In this document: piece by piece, positions 1 to 9,684 of the stretch | How the letters are laid out: each line of letters opens with the position of its first letter | Numbering within the stretch: the stretch's first letter is position 1 | DNA from: a bacterium | GTDB lineage: Bacteria > Patescibacteriota > Minisyncoccia > Phycocordibacterales > UBA12088 | Assembly (NCBI GenBank): GCA_003252295.1 | Contig: QKEV01000015.1 | Coordinates: forward strand, 24,242-88,241 | Direction of reading: 5' to 3' | DNA length: 64,000 nt | Translations under genes and position numbers: made by a program | Notes under the pieces: model-generated | The model's input: the letters and a program-made list of their open reading frames with translations, nothing else | The model's database searches: none | What the model was told of the DNA's origin: nothing

Positions 1-140
1 ACCAAGGTGATATATTACAAGCTCACCCAGGAATAGATAAGCTTGGGGTCAGTGTTCGTCCATTCTGGAAAGGAAGCTTCCCAGAGTCGACTGATGATAT
101 TGTTGTGATTACAGAGCTTGACGAAAATACCACTTTCTGA
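1..140 (+). CDS. 3' end (about 45 aa) of an upstream gene, partial at window edge; possibly a methionine aminopeptidase C-terminus
   Basis: Frame 3 is open from the window start to TGA at 138-140 (…DDIVVITELDENTTF*). It lies directly upstream of infA, where map is often found. Too short to identify. Confidence 0.3.
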   Translation, partial: QGDILQAHPGIDKLGVSVRPFWKGSFPESTDDIVVITELDENTTF

Positions 141-160
141 TACTCTTTCTTCCACGCTCA

Positions 161-376
161 ATGCAGGATAAAACAGATAAGCAAATTGTAACAGGGACGG
201 TCGAGGAGGCACTCCCGAACGCACTTTTTCGTGTCATTACAGACGATGGTACGGAGGTGCTTGCTTATATTGCCGGCAAGATGCGTCTGCACCGTATTAA
301 AGTTTTAGTTGGAGACACGGTACAGTTACAGCTCGACCCATATGGTGGAAGAGCAAGAATTGTGCGAAGAAGTTAA
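161..376 (+). CDS. infA: translation initiation factor IF-1
   Basis: 71 aa with the S1-like motif KIVTGTVEEALPNALFRV…GKMRLHRIKVLVGD. Canonical position before rpmJ. Confidence 0.9.
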   Translation: MQDKTDKQIVTGTVEEALPNALFRVITDDGTEVLAYIAGKMRLHRIKVLVGDTVQLQLDPYGGRARIVRRS

Positions 377-385
377 AAAGAAGTT

Positions 386-502
386 ATGAAAGTACGTTCA
401 TCAATAAAGAAAAGAAGTCCAGATGACAAGATCGTGCGCAGGCGCGGTCGTTTGTATGTAATTAATAAAAAGCGCCCAAGGAATAAGCAGCGCCAAGGGT
501 AA
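386..502 (+). CDS. rpmJ: 50S ribosomal protein L36
   Basis: 38-aa [41 protein letters not shown], below the ORF-track cutoff. Classic L36 sequence and position between infA and rpsM. Confidence 0.85.
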   Translation: MKVRSSIKKRSPDDKIVRRRGRLYVINKKRPRNKQRQG

Positions 503-513
503 TAGTTTACAGT

Positions 514-897
514 ATGAGAATCGCAGGTATCACACTTCCAGATAATAAGAGAATGGAAATCGGTCTAACAGCCGTATATGGCGTTGGTCGCCCTCTCGCA
601 CAAGAGATATTAACTGAAGCAAAAATTGATTTTGGAAAGAAAGCTTCAGAACTTACTACTGAAGAGGAAAATACCATCAGAGGTATTATCGAAGAGAAGG
701 GGATTCTTATTGAAGGAGAACTTCGTCGTGAAGTTGGTTCACATATCAAACGTTTGAAGGATATTAACAGCTATCGTGGCAGTCGACACAAGAAGCACCT
801 TCCTGCTCGTGGTCAGCGTACCAAAACGAATGCACGTACATTGAAGGGTACAAAGAAGACTATGGGTAGTGGACGAAGGAAGGTTGAAAAGAAATAG
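514..897 (+). CDS. rpsM: 30S ribosomal protein S13
   Basis: MRIAGITLPDNKRMEIGLTAVYGVG…GQRTKTNARTLKG matches the S13 signature. Confidence 0.95.
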   Translation: MRIAGITLPDNKRMEIGLTAVYGVGRPLAQEILTEAKIDFGKKASELTTEEENTIRGIIEEKGILIEGELRREVGSHIKRLKDINSYRGSRHKKHLPARGQRTKTNARTLKGTKKTMGSGRRKVEKK

Positions 898-927
898 TAC
901 TTAATGCAATTGTTTACATAATAGATT

Positions 928-1362
928 ATGGGAAAGAAAAGAATCATAAGAAAACAGGGGACATCAGTAAACGAAGGACTTCGTTCTCGTGCGCTATCTC
1001 GTGCTGCTAAAAAGAAGATCGATAAAGGTACGCTTCATATTCAGGCAACCTACAATAACACTATTGTTACCCTCACCGACAAGCGAGGTAATTCGCTTAT
1101 GGCGAGTTCAAGTGGATGTCTTGGTTTCAAGGGTGCAAAGAAGAGTACACCATTTGCAGCAGCAAAGGTTGGTGAACTTGTTGCTGATAAGGCATTGCAG
1201 ATGGGTATGAAGGAGGTTGATGTTGTTATTCGAGGTGTAGGTGCTGGGCGAGAGGCAAGTATGCGCTCTTTCACAGCAAAGGGAATTTCAATTACCGGTA
1301 TTCGTGATGAGACACCGGTTCCATTTAATGGTCCACGTGCAAGGAAGCCACGTCGAGTTTAG
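928..1362 (+). CDS. rpsK: 30S ribosomal protein S11
   Basis: …ATYNNTIVTLTD…SSSGCLGFKGAKKSTPFAA…RPRR matches S11. Confidence 0.95.
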   Translation: MGKKRIIRKQGTSVNEGLRSRALSRAAKKKIDKGTLHIQATYNNTIVTLTDKRGNSLMASSSGCLGFKGAKKSTPFAAAKVGELVADKALQMGMKEVDVVIRGVGAGREASMRSFTAKGISITGIRDETPVPFNGPRARKPRRV

Positions 1363-1489
1363 TAGTAATAGTAGTAAGAGAGACTTTCAGTATGAAAACA
1401 AAAGCAACATATAAAGTATGTCGACGACTCGGCGCAGGAGTATTTGATAAGCAGGAGTATTTGATAAGTGTCAGACACAGAAGTACACC

Positions 1490-2029
1490 TTGAGTGAGGC
1501 ACGTCATGCAAAGAACGTGCGTGGTCGAGGAAGGAAGAATATTTCTGACTTTGGTAAGCAGCTTTTAGAGAAGCAACGTGTTCGTTTTGCATATGGTATT
1601 TCTGAGCGCCAGTTGAGCAGGTATGTTGAGGAGGCAAACCGTGTTGCTGTACTTGGAATTGATCCAAAGGTCCGATTAGTAGAACAACTTGAGTTACGAC
1701 TCGATAATGTTGTATACAAGCTCGGTTTTGCTCCTACACGTCGAGCAGCACGACAATTGGTGTCACATGGACACGTTGTTATTAATGGTGTTCGAAGTAC
1801 TGTGCCTAGCCATATGACAAAAGAAGGTGATATTATTACCGTTCGAGATCGAACTAAGAACCTTCCAGTCATGGAGCGTGTTAAAACAGGAGTTGAGGAA
1901 GTAGTACTTCCTGCATGGCTCACGTTTAACCTTAAGAAATTTGAGGCAAAAGTTGATGGCAAGCCAAACTTGGAGAATACAGAAATGCCTGGATCAGTTG
2001 CAGCTATTCTTGAGTACTACAGTAGGTAG
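1490..2029 (+). CDS. rpsD: 30S ribosomal protein S4
   Basis: …RQLSRYVEEANR…LESRLDNVVYKLGFA.TRR.ARQLVSHGH..ING matches the S4/S4-domain. The N-terminal start may lie further upstream on an alternative codon. Confidence 0.9.
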   Translation: MSEARHAKNVRGRGRKNISDFGKQLLEKQRVRFAYGISERQLSRYVEEANRVAVLGIDPKVRLVEQLELRLDNVVYKLGFAPTRRAARQLVSHGHVVINGVRSTVPSHMTKEGDIITVRDRTKNLPVMERVKTGVEEVVLPAWLTFNLKKFEAKVDGKPNLENTEMPGSVAAILEYYSR

Positions 2030-2081
2030 TAACATAAATTATTTTATTTTCATTATTAACGCTTAAAGTCATTGTTTTTGT

Positions 2082-3065
2082 ATGGACAACAACGTAGCAT
2101 TACCGTCAAAACCACGAGTCGTTACAGAGTCTGAAACCTCTGCGAGTTTTGAGATTGATGGTCTTTTCCCAGGGTATGGACACACCCTCGGTAACTCACT
2201 CCGAAGGATTATTTTGTCCTCACTTACTGGTGCTGCTGTAACTTCTGTAAAGATAGAGGATGTACCTCACGAGTTCTCAACCATTAGTGGTGTACAGGAG
2301 GACGTTATTACCATTCTTTTGAACCTAAAACGTGTTCGTTTCTCAATGACTGGAAATGAGCCACAGGTGCTCAAGCTTACCAAGAAGGGTACAGGAGTTG
2401 TTACAGCAAAGGATATTGAGACAACAGGACAGGTTGAGATATTAAATCCTGACCAACATATTGCTGAACTTACTGATAAGGGGGCAACACTTTCAATGGA
2501 AATAACGGTAGAGAAGGGACTTGGTTATGTACCACGTGAACTTCGCAGTGAGGAAAAAGCAGAGATTGGTATTATTCAACTTGATGCAACATTTACACCA
2601 ATCAGGCGTGTTAACTATGAAGTAGAAAACATGCGTGTTGGTGATCGAACAGATTTCAACAGACTTCGCATCTTTATTGAGACTGATGGTGCCATTACAC
2701 CACGTGAGGCGCTTGAACGTTCTATTGAGATCATGATTCATCAGCTCAAGGCAATTGTTGGTTTCAAGGATTCTCATGAAGAAGAGGTTGAGGAGAATGC
2801 AGCTGCTGAGATTGAGAAACCTGAACCAGTTCTTACTGCGCCAAAGCAGAAGGAGCAGGTTGATGCTGAGGTACTGAAGACACGTGTTGAATCACTTAAG
2901 CTTTCAACGCGAACGATAAGTGCTCTTGATCAAGCAAACATTCGTACCGTGGGTGGACTTGCTCGAAAGCGTGAAGAGGATATTCTTGCTATCGAGGGAC
3001 TTGGTATCAAGGGATTACAAGAAATAAAACGAGCTCTATCTGAGTTTGGAATAACACTTAGATAG
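2082..3065 (+). CDS. rpoA: DNA-directed RNA polymerase alpha subunit
   Basis: GNSLRRIILSSLTGAAVTSVKIEDVPHEFSTISGVQEDV plus a C-terminal aCTD (LSTRTISALDQANIRTVGGL). Canonical rpsD-rpoA-rplQ order. Confidence 0.95.
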   Translation: MDNNVALPSKPRVVTESETSASFEIDGLFPGYGHTLGNSLRRIILSSLTGAAVTSVKIEDVPHEFSTISGVQEDVITILLNLKRVRFSMTGNEPQVLKLTKKGTGVVTAKDIETTGQVEILNPDQHIAELTDKGATLSMEITVEKGLGYVPRELRSEEKAEIGIIQLDATFTPIRRVNYEVENMRVGDRTDFNRLRIFIETDGAITPREALERSIEIMIHQLKAIVGFKDSHEEEVEENAAAEIEKPEPVLTAPKQKEQVDAEVLKTRVESLKLSTRTISALDQANIRTVGGLARKREEDILAIEGLGIKGLQEIKRALSEFGITLR

Positions 3066-3101
3066 TTGAAAAACGTATAAGAATGAGTATACTCAAAGAC
3101 C

Positions 3102-3455
3102 ATGCTGCATCACAATAAAACAAGAAAATTTGGAAGGAAGCGTAACGTACGTACAGCGCTTATGCGTTCTCTGGCGCACAACCTCATTCTTGAAGAAAAG
3201 ATCATAACTACAGAGGCGAAAGCAAAGTCACTACGTCCGTACGTGGAGAAGCTCGTGACACATGCAAAAACTGACTCTGTCGCAAAACGACGTCTTGTGG
3301 AAGCACAGCTTGGAAATGATGTTGCAGCGACAAAGAAATTGTTTACAACACTTGGACCACGCTATGCTGAGCGGAACGGTGGTTATACACGTATCGTAAA
3401 GGTGGGTGTACGATCTGGGGATGCTGCAGTAAAAGCGTATATTGGATTTGTATAA
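3102..3455 (+). CDS. rplQ: 50S ribosomal protein L17
   Basis: MLHHNKTRKFGRKRNVRTALMRSLAHNLILEEKIITT…GGYTRIVKVG matches L17. Confidence 0.95.
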   Translation: MLHHNKTRKFGRKRNVRTALMRSLAHNLILEEKIITTEAKAKSLRPYVEKLVTHAKTDSVAKRRLVEAQLGNDVAATKKLFTTLGPRYAERNGGYTRIVKVGVRSGDAAVKAYIGFV

Positions 3456-3459
3456 AAGT

Positions 3460-3819
3460 ATGAGTGACATGAAAGAACAACACGTAATAGATGCATCAGG
3501 GAAGCGCCTCGGACGCGTAGCTACTGAAGTAGCAACCATTCTTATGGGTAAACATAAAGCTGATGCTGTAAAGAATACCGTAGCACCTGTTGAGGTGAAG
3601 GTAGAGCATGTGAGTAAGCTCCTTATTGATGAGAAAAAACGCAATGAGAAAGAGTATACGCATTACACTGGTCACCCTGGAGGTCTCCGCAAGATAAGTA
3701 TGCAGAAACTTATTGAGAAGAAAGGTTTTAGTGAAGTATTCAAGAAAGCAGTGTATGGCATGCTTCCAAGCAACCGACTACGTTCACAGCGTATGAAAAA
3801 TCTAATAGTAACAGAGTAG
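3460..3819 (+). CDS. rplM: 50S ribosomal protein L13
   Basis: …HVIDASGKRLGRVATEVATILMGKHK…YTGHPGGLRK matches L13. ATG at 3460 lies 4 nt after the rplQ stop; the ORF-track start at 3442 is TTG and overlaps rplQ. Confidence 0.9.
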   Translation: MSDMKEQHVIDASGKRLGRVATEVATILMGKHKADAVKNTVAPVEVKVEHVSKLLIDEKKRNEKEYTHYTGHPGGLRKISMQKLIEKKGFSEVFKKAVYGMLPSNRLRSQRMKNLIVTE

Positions 3820-3820
3820 T

Positions 3821-4222
3821 ATGGCAGATGATACACGATACATTGAAGCAGTAGGACGACGTAAGACATCAACATGTCGAGCACGTATAGTTCCTGCAAA
3901 AAAGATGGAAATAACTATTAATGGAAAAACTGTTGAAGAGTACTTTCCAACTGACACACTTCGAGCAAAGGTGCTACAACCGTTTAAGGTTGAAGGTCTT
4001 GAGACTGAGTTTACCGTTACTGTGCAGGTAAATGGTGGAGGTATTGCATCACAGTCAGAAGCTGTACGACACAGTATCGCTCGTGCACTTACTAAGTTTG
4101 AGGAGACACTACGAAAGCCACTCAAGGCTGAAGGGTACCTCAAACGTGATCCACGTATGAAGGAACGACGTAAGTTTGGTTTAAAGAAGGCACGACGTGC
4201 ACCACAGTGGAGCAAGCGATAA
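3821..4222 (+). CDS. rpsI: 30S ribosomal protein S9
   Basis: …GRRKTSTCRARIVPAKK…GGGIASQSEAVRHSIARAL…KRDPRMKERRKFGLKKARRAPQWSKR matches S9. Confidence 0.95.
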   Translation: MADDTRYIEAVGRRKTSTCRARIVPAKKMEITINGKTVEEYFPTDTLRAKVLQPFKVEGLETEFTVTVQVNGGGIASQSEAVRHSIARALTKFEETLRKPLKAEGYLKRDPRMKERRKFGLKKARRAPQWSKR

Positions 4223-4240
4223 TCAAATTATAATGCAACA

Positions 4241-4266
4241 AAAAAACCGGTACTGCCGGTTTTTTG
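4241..4266 (+). terminator. rho-independent terminator after rpsI
   Basis: A-run, then a CCGGTACTGCCGG hairpin, then TTTTTTGTT. Confidence 0.7.
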
Positions 4267-4268
4267 TT

Positions 4269-4305
4269 ATAAGTATTCAGGTGATAAATCACCTGAATAC
4301 TTATT
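4269..4305. repeat. perfect 17-bp-arm inverted repeat (ATAAGTATTCAGGTGAT-AA-ATCACCTGAATACTTAT)
   Basis: Read directly from the sequence. It sits between the rpsI terminator and the convergent minus-strand gene ending at 4453. Confidence 0.8.
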
Positions 4306-4452
4306 ATGTTTTTAACATAAATCTTTAATCTTTAGAACTTTCATATCTGAATGAAATTCAAGGCGCAAAGGAGCAAATAAGTGAGTCGTATAAATATACG
4401 GTGAGCTTATGAGCGACTGCAGCAACGATGAAGTTTGTCAGATATGAGAGTT

Positions 4453-5415
4453 CTAATCAAAGAGTTCTATCAAGTACGTATCTATCTCACGCTGTTCAAG
4501 GTCGTAGAAGTACTCATCATTCTTAAAGAGGTATCGTGCAAGATCTTTACCTACAAAACGCCAGTGCCATGGTTCGTACTCGTAGTACTCATTACCCTCA
4601 GGGTACGACATGGTAAAACCATACTTATAAGCATTTTTGAGGAGCCAGTTGTATGCCTCGGTGTTTTCAAAACCATCGAGTGCGCCGTTCAAGCCAGTTA
4701 CGGTAAAGTCTACTGTTGTTCCTAGTTGGTGCTCTGAGTAGCCTTGGTCAGCGGAGAAGGTATTAGCTCCTACACCATAGGTCGAGGTGTACATACCCTT
4801 CAAGGTACTCTGCTCATCGTAGGAGCGGTATCCAGAGAGTACGAGGATATCAACCCTGTCGTCGCGTGCTTCATCAAGAAGATCCTCGAGGTATGGCCAC
4901 ACTTCACTTGAAATACTCACTTCTTTACCGTTGTCATAGATGTACTTATCATCGAGGGCGGTAAGGTCTGCAGGTGCATAGTGTTCGTTGAGGAAGTATA
5001 CCTTAGAGTACTTCTGCAGTAGCTCAGGGTCAGTTGTGCTGAGTTTTTCAAGATCATCTACGCTATCAGTAAGCTTATCAAAGCTGCGATCATATTTTTT
5101 TAATGCATCTTGAATATCCTCTACGTCCTGCTGTCCCGCATAAATAGAGTCAGAAAGTTCAATAATACGTTGTTCAGTCGTTTCTGTGTTGTTTGTTACA
5201 TCAGTTTGAAGACCTGTAAGTATGTTTGAGGTTTCAATATTTGCTGTGTTAAGGGTGGTGATCTTGTCATACATGTAGTACGACGCTCCAAGCTGTGCAA
5301 CAGCAAGTACAGCGAGGGCGTAGAGTAATTTTGAATGTTCCATTGTACCCACTATTGTACCACTCAAGTAGAACGAGAACACCCCTCCTACAAAGTGTAG
5401 AAGGGGTGTTTTCAT
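4453..5415 (-). CDS. VanY-like D-alanyl-D-alanine carboxypeptidase (peptidase M15B), N-terminally membrane-anchored
   Basis: Motifs SGYRSYDEQ, SEHQLGTTVDF and EPWHWRFVG, typical of M15/VanY zinc peptidases. Hydrophobic N-terminus. Confidence 0.75.
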   Translation of the reverse strand: MKTPLLHFVGGVFSFYLSGTIVGTMEHSKLLYALAVLAVAQLGASYYMYDKITTLNTANIETSNILTGLQTDVTNNTETTEQRIIELSDSIYAGQQDVEDIQDALKKYDRSFDKLTDSVDDLEKLSTTDPELLQKYSKVYFLNEHYAPADLTALDDKYIYDNGKEVSISSEVWPYLEDLLDEARDDRVDILVLSGYRSYDEQSTLKGMYTSTYGVGANTFSADQGYSEHQLGTTVDFTVTGLNGALDGFENTEAYNWLLKNAYKYGFTMSYPEGNEYYEYEPWHWRFVGKDLARYLFKNDEYFYDLEQREIDTYLIELFD

Positions 5416-5423
5416 TCATAGTT

Positions 5424-6170
5424 TTACTTGTTGCCCTGTGCCGTCCTAATGTACCTTTCCATTGCACTGCTTCTTATTGTTGCAATAGGTATAAGAACAT
5501 ACTTAAAAGGAAATTTATCAGGATGAACAAGTTCTGACGAATCTTTTGCTGCTGCCATGGCAATAGCAAATGTTTGGTTTCCAACATTAACATTTGCCTC
5601 GTAGAGGAGCTGCATGAAGACTGCTTCCTCTTTGATCTCATCACCAAACTCATTTGCATTTTTGTCTATGTACTTTATCCAATCAGATTTGATTGGCATG
5701 AGGTCATAGAGATTGAGAGGTTTGGGTATGAGTGTTGTAGGCACCATGTAGAACACGTTCTTTACACCAAGTGCTGCACCATAACGGTCTACAATCAGAA
5801 GGTTGTTAACGTCACGTGGGAGCGTATTGAGTATCTCTTGGTGATTGAAAATATCCTCAAGAAAGAAGGGGAATTCACCAACACTGATCGGTGAAATAAA
5901 CATACTTCTTCCAGTTATGTTCATGCGATCTGTCTCTTCAAGAAACCTGATCAGGTTTCGAAGAGTGCCTTCGTCATACACTTCGGCAAGCTTGCCGGCA
6001 AGTACCTCCTTAAGAAAGGCGATGTTGTCTTTTGTTGCTGCTTTTACCTGCTGCTCTCGTGTCTGCTCTACTGTAGTTGCTTGCACATGTCCATCATTTA
6101 CTTGGGCGGTGTGCATGCTCTGACAAGAACACAGAGTAAAGACTAGTACGAGTAAAAGTGTATATTTCAT
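5424..6170 (-). CDS. lipoprotein of unknown function
   Basis: Signal peptide plus lipobox (LVLVFTLCSCQS). Co-directional with, and 9 nt upstream of, the VanY-like gene. Confidence 0.5.
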   Translation of the reverse strand: MKYTLLLVLVFTLCSCQSMHTAQVNDGHVQATTVEQTREQQVKAATKDNIAFLKEVLAGKLAEVYDEGTLRNLIRFLEETDRMNITGRSMFISPISVGEFPFFLEDIFNHQEILNTLPRDVNNLLIVDRYGAALGVKNVFYMVPTTLIPKPLNLYDLMPIKSDWIKYIDKNANEFGDEIKEEAVFMQLLYEANVNVGNQTFAIAMAAAKDSSELVHPDKFPFKYVLIPIATIRSSAMERYIRTAQGNK

Positions 6171-6342
6171 TGAATCTCCTCCTGTATATGTATGAATGAA
6201 ATTGAGAAATAACTGTATTTTGACTTACTATATAATACATTAAAATATGAATATGTCAATGTTACTCAGAGCACACAAGTGTTCATAAGGGAATCTGATT
6301 ATGGCTTAAAACAATGGTATACTGTTCTGATACAGTACGACC

Positions 6343-7431
6343 ATGATGGTAGATTTCATAAAAGTAATCAGCCCCACTGCAATAGCATTCTTCGTAGGGA
6401 TAGCAATCACCCCGATTGTTACGCATTACCTGTACAAGTACAAGTGCTGGAAGAAAAAGTCGGGAAAGGGAGGTGGCCTAGGGGGTGGCAAAACCCCTAT
6501 TTTTGATGAACTTCACAAAAATAAAGAAGTTGGTACACCGAGAATGGGTGGCATTGTTATCTGGGCTAGTGTGTTTATCACAACATTGAGCATCTGGCTC
6601 TTGAACAGGTACGTTGGTGGATCAGTACTTGAGAAGCTTGAGTTTATATCACAAAGTCAGACATGGTTACCACTCTTTGCACTTCTTGTTGGTGCAACTG
6701 TTGGTCTCGTGGATGATTTACTTGAAGTAAATGGGAACGGTAAGTACTTTGCTGGGGGGTTACCACTTTCAAGACGACTTCTTTTGGTGGGTACTTTTTT
6801 TGTGTTTGCTGGATACTGGTTTTACGACAAGCTTGATGTGTCAACAGTGTCAGTACCTTTTGATGGGGTGGTAGACCTTGGAGCATGGTTTATTCCATTC
6901 TTTGTTCTTGTGGGATTAGCAATATACGCAGGGGGTGTCATAGATGGTATTGATGGTCTCTCTGGTGGTGTGTTTGCTATTATCTTTGCATCGTACGGCA
7001 TCATTGCACTTGCACAACAGCAGATCGACCTCGCGACGCTTTGTGCTACAGTCGTTGGTGGTTTACTAGCGTTTCTCTGGTTCAACATTCCTCCTGCACG
7101 GTTTTACATGACGGAGACGGGTGTGATGGGACTCACACTCATGCTCACCATTACTGCTTTTATGACAGACACTATTGTTGATGGAGGGAAGGGGCTTGCA
7201 GTACTTCCAGTTATTGCTTTTCCACTCGTTGTGACTGTTCTTTCAAATATCATACAGGTAGGTTCAAAGAAGTTGAGAAAAGGAAAAAAGGTATTTCTTG
7301 TTGCACCTCTCCATCATCATTTTGAAGCACTCGGTTGGCCTGCATACAAGGTGACCATGCGCTACTGGGTACTTACCGCTGTTACTGCCTTTGTTGGGGT
7401 CACCATTGCACTCGCTGGTTCTCTTTTCTAA
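6343..7431 (+). CDS. mraY: phospho-N-acetylmuramoyl-pentapeptide transferase
   Basis: KKSGKGGG…KNKEVGTPRMGGIVIW, several TM segments, DDLLEV and ends with …PLHHHFE. MraY signature. Confidence 0.9.
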   Translation: MMVDFIKVISPTAIAFFVGIAITPIVTHYLYKYKCWKKKSGKGGGLGGGKTPIFDELHKNKEVGTPRMGGIVIWASVFITTLSIWLLNRYVGGSVLEKLEFISQSQTWLPLFALLVGATVGLVDDLLEVNGNGKYFAGGLPLSRRLLLVGTFFVFAGYWFYDKLDVSTVSVPFDGVVDLGAWFIPFFVLVGLAIYAGGVIDGIDGLSGGVFAIIFASYGIIALAQQQIDLATLCATVVGGLLAFLWFNIPPARFYMTETGVMGLTLMLTITAFMTDTIVDGGKGLAVLPVIAFPLVVTVLSNIIQVGSKKLRKGKKVFLVAPLHHHFEALGWPAYKVTMRYWVLTAVTAFVGVTIALAGSLF

Positions 7432-7432
7432 T

Positions 7433-8542
7433 ATGCCAAGAGCACCAAAAAAAATTGATAGACCGTACCTTTTTGCTGTGATCGCACTTACGGTTACGGG
7501 TATGTTTATTTTTAGTTCTGCCTCACTTGGCCTTATGGTGCGTGGAGGTAAGACATTTTCTGATCTTATTTTTTCTCAGTTTTTTCTTGGACTTGGAGGT
7601 GGTATCATCGCACTTTTAATACTTGTAAATATTCCATACCGTTCCTATCGTGCCGTAGCACCGTACCTCTTTGGTGTGTCACTTTTTTTAACCGCATTGG
7701 TGTTTGTGCCAATAATTGGCGTTGAGGCAAATGGTGCAAGGAGGTGGCTTGATCTCTTTGGTGTTTCCTTTCAACCTGCTGAATTTTTGAAAATCACATT
7801 TGTCCTTGCACTTGCTTGGTACTACAGTATGTACTACAGAAAAATGAACAGCATACAATACTCTCTTGGAGGGCTCTGTGGTGCACTCGGTGTTATGGCT
7901 ATCGTTCTCCTTTTACAACCTGACACAGGAACCTTCCTTATTCTTGCTTCAACAGGAGTAGCGATGGCAATGGGTGCAGGGGTACAGTTCAAGCACCTTG
8001 CACTCTTGGGCGTCGTTCTACTCATCGGTGTTGTACTTTTGGTGCTCATGCGACCATACCTGCTTGAGCGGGTAAAGACACTCATTGATCCCATGGGAGA
8101 TCCTGACGCGAGCTATCAGATAAAGCAATCACTCATTGGTATCGGTTCCGGAGGGTGGTTTGGTAGGGGGTATGGGCAGGGGGTGCAAAAGTTCAAGTAC
8201 CTACCTGAACCAAGTAGTGACTCTATTTTTAGTGTTGCTGCTGAGGAGTTTGGTTTTATGGGCTGTGTATTGTTTATACTTATGTATGCATTTCTTGCTA
8301 TACGGGGACTCTATATAGCGTCATGGGCACCTGACAGGTTTGGTGGACTAACGGTTATTGGAATTGTTATACTTATTGCAACTCAATCATTTATTAATAT
8401 TGGCTCAGTGGTTGGGCTTGTACCGTTTACTGGAGAGCCGTTGACATTTATTAGCCATGGAGGCACTGCACTCTTGTTTACCTTTATTGGAGTTGGGATA
8501 GTGCTTAACATATCGCGCTACAAGACGGTGCGACAAAACTAG
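7433..8542 (+). CDS. ftsW: FtsW/RodA/SpoVE-family peptidoglycan glycosyltransferase
   Basis: Multi-TM protein with GSGGWFGRGYGQGVQKFKYLPEPSSDSIFSVAAEEFGFMG (SEDS family). ATG at 7433 immediately follows the mraY stop; the ORF-track start at 7391 is an in-frame TTG. Confidence 0.85.
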   Translation: MPRAPKKIDRPYLFAVIALTVTGMFIFSSASLGLMVRGGKTFSDLIFSQFFLGLGGGIIALLILVNIPYRSYRAVAPYLFGVSLFLTALVFVPIIGVEANGARRWLDLFGVSFQPAEFLKITFVLALAWYYSMYYRKMNSIQYSLGGLCGALGVMAIVLLLQPDTGTFLILASTGVAMAMGAGVQFKHLALLGVVLLIGVVLLVLMRPYLLERVKTLIDPMGDPDASYQIKQSLIGIGSGGWFGRGYGQGVQKFKYLPEPSSDSIFSVAAEEFGFMGCVLFILMYAFLAIRGLYIASWAPDRFGGLTVIGIVILIATQSFINIGSVVGLVPFTGEPLTFISHGGTALLFTFIGVGIVLNISRYKTVRQN

Positions 8543-8545
8543 TGT

Positions 8546-9679
8546 ATGAAGATTGCATTTACAGGAGGTGGAACAGGTGGTCATTTTTACCCACTTATAG
8601 CAGTAGCAGAGGAGTTGAATGATATTGTTCAAAAGAAGAACCTTATCACTCCGGAGATGTACTATCTCTCCAATATGCCATATGACGAACGTGTACTTTT
8701 CGAAAATAAGATCGAGTATAAGCATGTGACAGCTGGGAAGATGCGTAAGTACTTTTCACTCAAGAATGGCTTTGATTTTTTTAAGACGCTCGTGGGGCTC
8801 CCAAGTGCAGTAGCACTACTGTTCAAAATGTATCCTGACGTCGTGTTTAGCAAAGGTGGGTATGTGTCGGTACCAGTGGTGTTTGCGGCGCGACTTTTAC
8901 GTATCCCCGTGTTCATTCATGATTCTGATGCAATACCAGGCAGAGCAAACCTGTGGGCGGGAAAGTTTGCGGCTCGTGTTGCAGTGAGCTATCCTGATGC
9001 TGCTGATTACTTCAAACATAAAGAACGAGTAGCATACGTAGGTAATCCTGTTCGTAGGAAGATGCAGCTACCTGCAACAACCGAGTCTCATGCACACTTC
9101 AACTTACTGCCTAGTATTCCAACCATACTCGTACTCGGTGGCTCTCAGGGTGCAGAACATATTAATAATACGATGCAGCAAGCACTCAGCGAGCTTCTCA
9201 ATAACTATCAAGTGATACATCAGGTAGGAAAGGCGAACTATGATGTATACAAGAGAATTATTGATATGGAACTACAGGATCATCCAAACATTTCTCGGTA
9301 CAAAGTGGTTCCATTTTTAGAAGAGCTTGACATGCGTAATGCTGCAGGATGTGCAGATCTTATTATTTCTCGTGCTGGGTCAGGATCTATCTTTGAAATG
9401 GCTTGTTGGGCAAAACCTGCGATACTTGTCCCAATACCTGAGAGTGTGAGTCGTGATCAACGTAAGAATGCGTATGCGTATGCGCGTACAGGTGCAGCTG
9501 AGGTGATTGAACAGGAGAACTTCACCCCGCATGTACTTGTCTCAGAGGTGACCAGGTTAATGCAAGATGCAGCGACACGGGAAAAAATGAAGGAGGGTGC
9601 AAAACAGTTTGCTAAACCAGAGGCAGCGCATGTGATAGCACAAGAACTTTTGAAAATGATGCTTGAGCATGAGAAGTAG
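8546..9679 (+). CDS. murG: undecaprenyl-PP-MurNAc-pentapeptide UDP-GlcNAc transferase
   Basis: MKIAFTGGGTGGHFYPLIAVAEEL… plus a C-terminal GT28 domain. Canonical ftsW-murG order. Confidence 0.9.
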   Translation: MKIAFTGGGTGGHFYPLIAVAEELNDIVQKKNLITPEMYYLSNMPYDERVLFENKIEYKHVTAGKMRKYFSLKNGFDFFKTLVGLPSAVALLFKMYPDVVFSKGGYVSVPVVFAARLLRIPVFIHDSDAIPGRANLWAGKFAARVAVSYPDAADYFKHKERVAYVGNPVRRKMQLPATTESHAHFNLLPSIPTILVLGGSQGAEHINNTMQQALSELLNNYQVIHQVGKANYDVYKRIIDMELQDHPNISRYKVVPFLEELDMRNAAGCADLIISRAGSGSIFEMACWAKPAILVPIPESVSRDQRKNAYAYARTGAAEVIEQENFTPHVLVSEVTRLMQDAATREKMKEGAKQFAKPEAAHVIAQELLKMMLEHEK

Positions 9680-9684
9680 TATCA

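Noticed and set aside
15-224. 69-aa minus-strand ORF overlapping the infA region
   Set aside because: Antisense to the conserved infA and upstream gene. Composition atypical. Typical shadow ORF.
507-1362. Several minus-strand and alternative-frame ORFs inside rpsM/rpsK (507-749, 989-1210, 1050-1274)
   Set aside because: Fully embedded in highly conserved ribosomal protein genes on the other strand or frame.
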